Assembly (NCBI RefSeq): GCF_016433145.1
Contig: NC_058130.1
Coordinates: forward strand, 711,632,525 to 711,695,658
Source of the DNA: Gracilinanus agilis
Taxonomy: Eukaryota
Reading direction: 5' to 3'
DNA: 63,134 nt
Positions 50,584-63,134 of this stretch are shown here, one piece after another. The translations under genes and the position numbers were made by a program. The stretch's first letter is position 1. The number at the start of each line of letters is the position of its first letter. Under the pieces are notes generated by a model. It was not told the DNA's origin. It saw nothing but the letters and a program-made list of their open reading frames with translations, and made no database searches.

Positions 50584-51998
50584 CATCCCTTCTTCCCAGG
50601 GCTGTTTGTCTGTGGTTCTTTCTTCCCCAAGGACTCTGTGGTACTCTGCTGAGGGGGAGGGAGGGAAGAAAAGCAAGAAACCATTGGGGAACCAAAACAT
50701 TTCTAGGGGGTCCAATGCTGGCCAAACAGGAGGAGGGTGGTGGGGGTAGGGTTCGAGGAGAGCGCTGGGGCCTGGGAAAATATCGGGAGGAGTCCTTTGG
50801 AATTTGGCTCTTTGTTACTTAGCAGGCAGCTGGCAGCTCCTTATCAGCTGCCCTTGTCTGGTCTGTTCCCCGGGACCATAGACATGGGAAGGGGGGAGGA
50901 AGGGACTGATAAGTTCATATCCTCCTTTCCAGGGTTGCAGGGGCTCAGAGTTCCCTTATCCTATCTCTTCCCTGACACAGTCTAAGCTGCTTAGGCGTGG
51001 TGTAACCCCATCCCAGTGCTGGAACCTCTCAGTCTTGTCTCTTGCTGCCTCCTTGAGACCTAAAATAGAAAGTGCAACCTCAATTAGACTTCCTTTGAAA
51101 AACAGGACTGAAAGGGAGGAGTTGGAGGAAAGACTGCACCCTTCCGACAGATAGATATTACTACTAACATAGGATCTTTGGATTTAGAGCTGATGGGGTT
51201 GTGACTTGCCCAGGATCACACAGCTCTGTCCACTGGGCCACTTAGCTTCCCTAGAACCCTGTCTTTTTTTCAGAAGTAAACTAAGGCCCAGAAGAGTTAA
51301 GTAGTTTCCTCAGGGATACAAATTTAGGACTCACCAGACTCTACTGTGCACACTGCCTCTGAATTCATGATTCTGTCTTCTCCCCCATCCAGTCTATTGC
51401 TGACAAAGAAATCTTCCTCTTGTCCAGGAAGGACCATGTCAGGCCCTTGACTAAAAATATTGCAGTTGGTTCTTTACATAAGATAACATCCAAACTCCTT
51501 ATCGTGACATTCAAGGCCCTTCCTCTGCAATTTGACCTTTCTGGTCCTACCATTCCCATCCCCATTTTATCCTTATCATTTCAATGTGGTATCCCCTGCC
51601 TTCCCACATTACCTCTGAGGGGGTCATATCCATCCCTTTAATGTGTATCCCTCATCTCTGCCCAAGGAAATTCTCTTCCTCAAAGATCCCTACTCAGATG
51701 CCACCTTCTCCTGGAAGTTTTCACTTTTGCCTCCAGTTGATTATATATCTCTTCCTTCCTCAAATTCCTTAGTGTAGGTTTCCTAGATATCTCCTCTGTC
51801 CTTATTACATTTGATTTCTTATAACAATTAATTGTGCTTATCTCACACTACTCCCTCACCCATTCATTAGACTGTAAACTCTATGAGGAGAGGGAAGTTA
51901 TCTTCCTGCCTTGTACCTACCAGATACCAAGTGAATCCTGGCTCAATGAAGATCCCAAACACACCTAGAACTTCTAATGAATCGTTATTTGCTTAGAC

Positions 51999-52189
51999 CA
52001 GTGATTCCCAAAGTGGGCACCACGGGCCCCCTGATGGGTGCTGCAGTGATCCAGGGAGATGGTGATGGCCACAGGTGCATTTATCTTTCCTATTAATTGC
52101 CATTAAAATTTAAAAAATTAATTTCCAGGGGGCTAAGTAATTTTTTTCTGGAAAGGGGGTGGTAGGCCAAAAAAGTTTGGGAACCACTG
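51999..52189. mobile_element. Non-autonomous hAT (Charlie-type) MITE, 191 bp
   Basis: TIRs CAGTGATTCCCAAA / TTTGGGAACCACTG (13/14 match); perfect 8-bp TSD GCTTAGAC at 51991-51998 and 52190-52197. Confidence 0.93.
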
Positions 52190-52754
52190 GCTTAGACTGT
52201 TTTCTCTGTTTGCCCTCATCCCTTAGCTATACCTCTTGAAATTCCACCCAAGCTTCAAGACTCAACTCAAATGCCAAATCCATTCATTCATTCAAGGAAC
52301 AACATGCATTAAACACTTTCTATGCTCCTGGTACTAGCCTAAGTACTAAGGATACAGAGACAAAAGCTAAAACTTAAAAACAAAATTCTGCCTTAATATG
52401 GAAGGAGGGGAATACAACAGCTCAGAGGATTCTCCCTTTCCCCCATTTTACAGATGAGGAAACAGGCCAAGAAAGGTTAATTGCATGACCTAGAATTACA
52501 GGGCTAGGAAGTATGTGAAGCAGGATTTAAATGGAAATCTTTCTGGCTAAAAACCCATCGTGCTACCCACGGTGCCCCCTAGCTACACAAGGAAATAAAT
52601 GTAAATGAATTTGATAAGGGAATAACTGAGAGGGAGGTCCAGAAAGAATTCTCTTAGGATTAACTTCTGTATTCAGCCTTGAAGCTAGGGAGGCCTAATA
52701 AAAGACTTGGATGAGGAGAAAGCATTCCAGGCAAGGTAGAAAGACAGCCTGCAA

Positions 52755-53030
52755 ACCTAGTGATATTTTAATGTTTACAAAGCTTTGCAAATAGTGATTC
52801 TTTAAGTAACACTATAATGATACAAATAGTGATACTTCTGGGATACTTTAAAGCTTACAAAAGGGATTTAGAAATAGTGATACTTTAAATGATACTTGAA
52901 GTGATACAAATAGTGATACTTGTTACTTCATGGTTTACAAAGCACTTTAGAAATAGTGATATTTTAAATGATATTTTAAGTGATACAAATAGTGATAGTT
53001 GATACCTTAAGGTTTACAGAGAGCTTTACA
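52755..53030. repeat. AT-rich higher-order tandem repeat (~79-84-bp unit)
   Basis: TAGTGAT at 52758, 52792, 52827, 52875, 52911, 52954, 52990. Confidence 0.8.
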
Positions 53031-53404
53031 AATGGTTTCATTTTATCCCTACATCAAACCTGGGAGGGACCATCATTACTCCCATTTTACAGCTGAAACA
53101 GAAGGTAAAGTAAGTGCCACACAGCCAGCAAGTGTTTGAGGTCAAATTTGAATGCAAGCTCTATTATACCCCTTAGCTGACTCCAAAGCACAAGAGGAAA
53201 GGCCGAAGTCACAGAAAAATAATGAGCCCATCTGCCTGTAACCAAAAGCATTTTCGGGGAACTAAAAGTAGAATGAAATAAAATAAAAAGAGAGGCCAGT
53301 TGGAACTCAACTCCTCTCCCCATCTCTCCAGATGAAATGACTTGACTCCTCTCTTCAAATGCTCTATATACATCTTTCAGGGTCCTATTACCAAGGGTTC
53401 TTTT

Positions 53405-53595
53405 CTTTTTAAACTCTTACCTTCTGTCTTAGTATCAATTCTGAGACTGACTGAGAAGTGCAAGGGCAAAGCAATTGGAGTTAAGTGACTTGCCCAGGAT
53501 CACAGAGTTAGGAAGTGTCTGAGGTCACATTTGAACCCAGGTCCTCCTGACTCCAGATTTGGCACTCTATCTCCACTATGCCACCTAGCTGCCCC
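53405..53595 (-). mobile_element. Core SINE (SINE1_Mdo-like)
   Basis: ctcttaccttctgtcttag..aagtgacttgcccaggatcac..ccactatgccacctagctgcccc. Confidence 0.8.
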
Positions 53596-53600
53596 ATTAT

Positions 53601-53793
53601 CAGGGGTTGTTAACCAGGGATTTGTGAACTTAAAAAAAAAAAAAGATTTTGGCTACTGTATTTAAATTAATTTCCTTTGTAATCCTATGTATTTTGTTTT
53701 ATGTACTTAAAAATGCTATTCTAAGAAGGAACTCATAGGGTTCTCTAGGTTGCCGAAGGGTCTAATGATAAAAACAAGGTTAAAATTCTCTTG
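53601..53793. mobile_element. Older hAT-Charlie MITE
   Basis: caggggttgttaacc..aaggttaaaattctcttg degenerate TIRs; no intact TSD. Confidence 0.6.
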
Positions 53794-54899
53794 TATTAGA
53801 CAAGGAGGTAGAAATCCTATCATTCTTTTGGCTATCTCCTTCCCCTTAGAATGCCCTCCTTTTCAATCCCATACGCCCTCTTCCCTTCAGCCTGAACTGG
53901 ACATCCATCAGTCAGCAGCATACATTCATTGAACATCTGTTGTTTTTGGCCTATTGTAAGACACTGTGGGGGTTCCACTGAAACTCTCTATTCTAGCTAT
54001 GAAGACAAGACAAAAGTTAAATGGTAACAGAAAAATCAGGCAACAGCGCAAGAGATGTTACAAAATGCAATATGCTAAATAGCAAAATGTACAATTTGTG
54101 CCACATTTTAGGAAGGACTTTGAAAAACTGAAGGTCAAGATGACTTCTTTGGCCATAATAGTAACTAGGCAGACTAGATCACAGGGGACTCTGCTGAAGT
54201 AACTGCTGATGCTTAGCCTGGAAAAGTGAAGACTTAGGGGAGATATGTGTCTTCAAGTATTTGAAGGACTATGCTTGGGAAGAGTGACTAGACTTGTCTA
54301 AAACAGAGGGCAGAACCAGGAACAATGGGGAGAAGTTAGAGAAGCAGATTTAGGGAAATTCTTCAAATTTCTGCAGACTGTTTAGTATAAAAGAAATGAC
54401 ATTGATCGGGGGAGTCAGAGGATCTGGATTCAAATCTGCCTGTGTGACCTTGGTCAAGTCCTCCGACTTCCTTGATTTTCAGTTTCCAAATCTGTAAAAT
54501 GGTTTGGACTAAATGTCTTCCAAAACCACTTCCACCTTAAAATCTTTGCGATAATATCTATAAAGGGTTTAGCAGGGTACCTGGCACACAGTAGGCACTT
54601 GACAAATGCTGGCTGGGTTTCCTTCCCTTTGCATGGGTGGAGAGGTTCCCACAATAGATGTTCCTCATTATGATGAAATCACCTATCTTTTGTATACATA
54701 GATATATATGTTGTCCTAATGATCAGAATTGTCAGAAAGGAAAATGGTTACCTTGAAGGTAACGCGTTCTTTATCACTGGAGGACGACTGGCCATTTTAA
54801 AAGAGAAGAATAAATTCCTGGATTCGGGTTGGAATCGTTAGGGTTAGATCCCTTGAAGCCCTGTGACCCTCGACTTTTTAAAGTCTTAGGAACTTCCTT

Positions 54900-55900
54900 T
54901 AAGTCAGAAGCGGGGAGGAGGAAGGGAGAGGGAAAGGAGGACGACGATTCCGATCGCTGCCACAAGGGGCGGCAGAAAAGAGAAGGCACTGAGCTGTGAT
55001 GCCCACCGAAGCCACAGGGCGGCGTCCAGGAGCAGCTCGACTCCGAGTCCCGAGGCCAACCGAGGTTTCCGGGGACAGCAACTCTGGCCCCATCCCACGC
55101 GGAGTTAACCGGAAGATATAACCTCGACCCTTAGAGGGGAAGGTCGGGTGCCACGGGGACTGTACGCCCCTCCACAGAAAGGGAGGGATCAATTGCCATC
55201 ACCGTCCTGGTTGGAATCTAAGGCAAAAGCTCCGACTACTAGTCCCCAGACTACTTCTGGGGGAGGGAAACCAGGGCACGTGATAAGCCTGGGTCCCGCG
55301 GGGTACAATGGGACTCGTAGTCTTTTGTAGGCCAGCCCTGGAAGGGACCCTTGGAGGTCATTAAAATGCAACATTTAGGGGGACAGGTTAAGAACACTTA
55401 ATTCCTGTTTTTATAAAGGAAGAAACCGAAACCAAGAGAGGTTAAGACTCGAAATTAACTAGTCCAACCCTTTTATTTCCAAGTGAGGTAAAGAGGCCCG
55501 GGAGAGAGGAATGGGACTTTCCCAGGGTGACGCAGCAACTCAGCAGCAAGAGTCAAAATTCGAACCCACGTCCTATTCCTCCCGAGCCGATCTATTACAT
55601 CTGGAAGCGGTCTTTCTTCGAAAGAGATCGTTTCATGGCTAAAATGTGTTCCCCTCCCCTGCATCCCTTGCAGAAGCCCTGTGATCCCTCGGCTGACCAA
55701 ATTAGATTGCCAAGTACAGAAAGGGACCGCGAGCCGATCAATCAACTTTGCGGCCAAGCGCTCCAGTTTCCGGATGTGTATGGGCGCGGGCGTTTCCGTT
55801 TGGCTTCGAGTGCCCAACTGAGCATGCGCTACCTCCTCCCTCCCGCTCCAGGAATGTGTACCACTCCCTTTCAATCCCTTGGTAGTTCGCCCGCCCCCAT
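54900..55900. promoter_or_regulatory. CpG-rich promoter-like region with no annotated gene start
   Basis: GC box 54966-54972; ETS CCGGAAG 55109-55115; ACTAC..TCCC motifs at 55235-55249 (+) and 55309-55321 (-); CACGTG 55277-55282; ETS 55767-55776; NRF1-like 55819-55830. Confidence 0.6.
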
Positions 55901-56006
55901 CTCCACCCCTTCCCCTTCGCCTGGGTTGTGGAGCTTTCTCGACGGGAGGGACGCGGCTCCCAGGTCAGCGCTGCTCAGACAGAGGCACCTCTGAACTCGT
56001 TCTTTC

Positions 56007-56012
56007 TTTATT
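56007..56012 (-). terminator. Probable C19orf67 polyadenylation signal
   Basis: AATAAA on the minus strand ~160 nt past the stop. Confidence 0.7.
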
Positions 56013-56172
56013 AAACCCGAACAGAGCCATCTATCCATTCTCGGGGGGAGTCGTCACGTCCCTGCCTTCCCTGATTTTACTATATGCGGGGTAGACGGCT
56101 GGAGAAGGATCCCCGCCCCTCTCCCGCCCCCACCCCTTTTCCCCTTAGCCAGAACCGAGGGCAGCCAAGGAC

Positions 56173-59150
<2,978 letters not shown>

Positions 59151-60095
59151 GGGGGAGATGGGTGGGGGGGCCACACTGGGCCCTCCTCCCCCGGTCGGGA
59201 GCTCCCCCCAGCTTTTCGGGGCAGCAGCTTCCCGGGCTCTCTGCTCGCTGATTCCCACCACCACAGAAGGGAGGCGGGGGCCGGGGGCCGGGGGCCGGGC
59301 CTCATTTGAATGTCAACACGCGCCCGGTCAGGGTTGAGCTTCTCTCCCAGCGGCCACGCGCCTCCGGCTAGCGCGCTCCAGGCTCCAAGTTCGGGTTTAC
59401 AATAGATACCCATCCCTGCCTCCCTCTCCTAGCTTAGAACCCGAGCCTCCCGTACGTACTCCGATGTTAGCGTGGGACACAGGCCCAGGGAAGGGAGGCA
59501 ATTTAGAAACTGAAAACTTCCGAGCTGGAAGGACCTTTAGCCAAATCGATGCAGATGGATTTTAACTTCAAGGGAGGGAAACCGAGGCCCAGAGTGGTAA
59601 TGACATCACAGTCAAGTTTGTAGCTGGAAGAAGGGCTTCAGTGATCACTTGATTCAGCCACAACTGACAACCTGCACTGGAAACAGCTTTCCCCAGAGTC
59701 ACCATTAGGGAAAAGGACAAGGTGGTCTCCGAGACCTCTTTCTGCTCTGTCTTAGTAACACCATGGCAGAAAGGAGTACTAGATTTGGAGGGCAGAACCG
59801 ATGAGGTAGAATTTCTAGAGCACTTTTAAAAAGTTGGTAAAGTGCTTTGCACATGTTCATTCATTTGATCCTGGTTGGGACTTTACTTCTGCCCCTTTCT
59901 AGGCCTCAATTTTCTCTTTTATAGAATAGGAGGTTGGCCCAGATGTTTTAAGGTGTCTTCTAGAGCTACAGTAGCATATGATCTGAAGATGACCTCCCAC
60001 TTTTCCCCTATCTACAGAACCCAGTAGAGTGGGAATCCCTCTGCTCATCCTACCCTCTCCAAATCAGGTAGATACATGAACCCAGGAACACACAT

Positions 60096-60098
<3 letters not shown>

Positions 60099-60130
<32 letters not shown>
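60099..60130. repeat. (CA)n microsatellite; a (GA)n tract at ~60222-60280 lies in the SAMD1 3'UTR
   Basis: Direct dinucleotide runs. Confidence 0.95.
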
Positions 60131-60134
<4 letters not shown>

Positions 60135-60160
60135 CAGGGTCGAGAGACTTTTCTTTTAAT

Positions 60161-60166
60161 TTTATT
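60161..60166 (-). terminator. Probable SAMD1 polyadenylation signal
   Basis: AATAAA on the minus strand followed by a U/UG-rich element. Confidence 0.7.
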
Positions 60167-60218
60167 TAAAAAACCTCAGGTGCAATATTAAAAAGCAACT
60201 TAGACAGCCAGAGCAACA

Positions 60219-60272
<54 letters not shown>

Positions 60273-60823
60273 AAGAGAAAAGGAAGGAAACAGGACAACC
60301 CACCATTTCAACCCTGGGGATCATCTCCAAACTGACCAAGGATGGAAGGAATGGCATTTAGGGTAAGGGAGAATAGGTGGGGTAAAGGGAATGGCCAGTC
60401 CAGTCCTGTCCCTACTTCCTCAGGGTGAAACATTTACAAAGGTGAAGTCTGGCTGAATTGGGGGAAGGGCTAGGGGAAAAGGAGGGCATTCCTTCCCCCA
60501 TAGCAGTCTAGTTGGGGGGGAGGGGGTCCCCTCCTGGTATGATACAAGAAGATCCTGCATCTACCCCTGCCATCGCCCCCAGCTTGGAATGCAGGATGTG
60601 GATAGAAGAAAGATACCTACAGTTAAGGACGAGGGAGTTGGGAAGGGGTGATGATGAGGCGCCTGCCTCCCTGGAATTTCTTTGGGGAGTGTGTTGGGAA
60701 GAGGGTGTTCTCCCCCTTAGGGAGTTCCTGGATGCTAGGGACTCTTAGGGCAGATGGGGCACAAGGGAACTGGGGAGAAGGAAAGGGGTAGGAGAAGCTC
60801 AGGGGTCACAGGGAGTCAGGCGC

Positions 60824-60982
60824 TCAGCCGAGAAACCCATCAGGGTCATCATCTTCAAAGTGGCCCTGCTGAAGGACCTTGATGTGATGCTCATAGATTT
60901 TGAGGGCTGGCCCCAGGCGGATAGAGAGGCCAGTGAGCACATCAGTGCGTTGCATCAGCAGAAGGGACTTCCCATCAATTTC
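60824..60982 (-). CDS. SAMD1: SAMD1 last exon
   Basis: [12 protein letters not shown]. Confidence 0.97.
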   Translation of the reverse strand, partial: EIDGKSLLLMQRTDVLTGLSIRLGPALKIYEHHIKVLQQGHFEDDDPDGFLG

Positions 60983-63134
60983 CTGGGCAAGGGAAAGAAG
61001 CAGGGCTTACTTGGTTCTGGTCTGGGACTCCCTCCCAAGCCCCTTCACATGGCATCCTTTCAGTTCTTACTGAGGTCCCATCTTGGTCAGTTTTATTGTG
61101 AAAGGGGGACACACAAGATGGATGGGCACGGGACCCTAGGGAGGGAGCAAAGACCCCCTTCAGGGGTGGGGTGCTGGCTCTGGAAAGATGGAGGTCTCAC
61201 CTGTTCCTGGAAAGCAGAAGCCTGTTCAGGGAAGCCAGCCTCAGTAAAATATTCTACCACATCCATCACTGTCCACTCAACTGGGTCAGATGGTTTTTCC
61301 TTCCTGCCAGAGCTATGGATGCCCAAACAGACCATAACATTATCATTGTCATCCCACTTACCATTTGCCAAACGCTTAGCATGTGAAAATCATTATCTCA
61401 TTGGATCCTCATACCAACTTCCTGAGGAAGGCAGAGGTGGGGTGATATAAAAATTACAACCTTGTGAGGTGATTAACGAATACCCATTTGAGGAAACTTC
61501 AGTCTGAAGTTCCATATGACATGCCTAGGTTCAATGGCTTCTAAATGCTGAGAAATTAGCATGATTAAGTCTAAAATTCTACCTACAGAGTTCTGATGTT
61601 GTCTCCTTTGACTCCCTGGGGCCAGCCCTGGCTTCAACTCAACACTGGGCTCAGCCACAAGAGACCAAAAAAACCAAAACCAACAAAAAATCAATGACTT
61701 ACGAGCAACCAAAAGGAGTTCCATCTGCACTGGGCAAGGCTGGCTTTCCGGGGGGCAAAGGCACCGGAGAAGGAGAATCCGGCCCTGTGGCAGCTGAGGC
61801 TATGGGCAAAAAGGGCATACTTGTCAGTATTGCTCTCCTGCGATATACCACTGTATTAAGGATAGTCCCCTTGAATTCTTTTCCAGTTGACCCCACCCAC
61901 TTTTAGAAAGTGAGTTAGCTCCCCAGTTTCTGGAACTTCTTTCTTACCTGAGCCCCCTTCCATCTTCACCACTCCCATTGGGAAGGCCTCTCGGGTTCCA
62001 TCTGCCAGGGCTGAACGGTGACCCTCATCTTGGCGCCCAGGTGCTATGGAGGAATTCCATTCCCTAGTCCGTTCTTTCCCACTTTCCCGCTGGCCAGTCT
62101 CTCCATTGTACTGGTTCTGTCCACCGTGGGCACCCTCTCCCTCTGGCACCTCAGAACCCTCCGATAGAGCAGACACTTCTTCTTCATCCTCTTCTTCTTC
62201 TTCCTCCCTCAGGGACTCTTCCCCGGACTTCTATAGGGGAATGGGCAGAGTTGGAATGTTTTTCCCAGTCTTTTCCTATCCCCCTCCATTCCCTGGATCT
62301 AGTCCTCATTTTCCCTGTGAGATTTGAAAGATGAGGGCTGACTTCTTCAGGGTCCAGAGTTGACTTCTGTCCTTGGAATCTCTACTACCTTCCAGGGAAT
62401 TAACTCCTAGGAACCCTGACATGACATCCTTCTCCAGGTCCCAAACCAGATTGTCTCAGGGGCTTCTGGCCTGTTCCTGAGGGACAGGAGGCTCACTTCT
62501 CACCTTTCTTTTCAAGACTCAGTGACTATGACTTGGCCTGGTGGATTCTTGGCCTCAACCCTCTCCTTCCTGCCTCAGGCTGAGGAGGAGCTTAGAGACT
62601 CCAAGCCCTTACTGGCCATGGACCCCCAGTTCTTATAAACACCCTTGCTCTCCCTGTAGGGATTCTTGTTCACCTTTTGCTTCCTTCCTGATCCCTCCTC
62701 CCTAGCGCAGTTTCCTTTTCAGTCCTGCTTAGAGCCAGAAATCCGTGGCTGATCTCCCCGTCCCTATGCAGGACTTTCATCCCTAGCCCTACAGTCTTAC
62801 CTTGGTTCGGGCTGCTCGGGAGCTGGTAGCAGGAGGCGCCCTTCCCGAACGATCGTTGCGGGGCAGGGCAAGACTGGCGATGCGGGTGCGCTCGAGGCGG
62901 CCTCGGGCGGCTGCCGCCTCCTCCTCCAGCAGCAGTCCCTGCACGCGCCCGCGGGTCAGCCTGCCTCCGCCGCCGCCACTGCCCCCGAGGTAGCGCACCA
63001 CTTCCCGCAGGCTCACGGGCCGGGCTGGTCCGCTCCGAGACGCGCCCCCCTCCGGCGGCAGCGGCAGCGGCAGCGGCGACGGCGGCGCCGGCTCCCGGGC
63101 GGCGGCCCCGGCGGGCGGGGGGGCACGGCGCGGG
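60824..63134 (-). CDS. SAMD1: SAMD1, 5'-partial, complement(join(60824..60982,61201..61312,61703..61799,61948..62230,62801..>63134)), 327 C-terminal aa
   Basis: [24 protein letters not shown]; acidic tract; [14 protein letters not shown]; SAM domain [56 protein letters not shown]; ends DDDPDGFLG*. Confidence 0.97.
61201..61312 (-). CDS. SAMD1: SAMD1 penultimate exon
   Basis: [21 protein letters not shown]; phases 2/0. Confidence 0.97.
61703..61799 (-). CDS. SAMD1: SAMD1 internal exon
   Basis: [32 protein letters not shown]; phases 1/2. Confidence 0.95.
61948..62230 (-). CDS. SAMD1: SAMD1 internal exon (acidic)
   Basis: [30 protein letters not shown]; phases 0/1. Confidence 0.93.
62801..63134 (-). 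CDS. SAMD1: SAMD1 GC-rich exon, truncated by the window edge
   Basis: [28 protein letters not shown]|GTAAG; CpG island. Confidence 0.95.

Noticed and set aside
54752-54795. VIKNA resemblance to the dynein light chain DYNLL N-terminus
   Set aside because: Only five residues match and no downstream DYNLL sequence is present
60860-61450. 196-aa plus-strand ORF
   Set aside because: Antisense shadow of the SAMD1 SAM-domain exons

Overview
Eukaryotic genomic DNA from a marsupial, most likely Monodelphis domestica. This is inferred from abundant SINE1_Mdo-type, MAR1-type, MIR, L2, L1 and CR1 repeats and from N-gapped assembly. The window matches the gene order I recall for human 19p13.12: RLN3 (+, 2 exons, 147 aa), IL27RA (+, 14 exons, 634 aa), PALM3 (-, 7 exons, 654 aa), MISP3 (+, 3 coding exons, ~348 aa), C19orf67 (-, 6 exons, 365 aa) and the 3' part of SAMD1 (-, 5 exons, running off the right edge). 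Exons were built by hand from GT-AG sites with consistent phases. Gene names rest on recalled human protein sequences, not on a database search. Top leads: (1) an orphan housekeeping-type CpG promoter at ~54.9-55.9 kb beside a 44-nt minus-strand ATG exon that would splice in frame to PALM3 exon 2 across antisense MISP3; (2) a frame-compatible RLN3-exon1/IL27RA-exon2 read-through; (3) a TM-exon-skipped secreted IL27RA predicted to escape NMD; (4) a young 191-bp hAT MITE with a perfect 8-bp TSD; (5) a palindromic double-GATA element next to the RLN3 TATA box. No rRNA, tRNA or CRISPR array is present.
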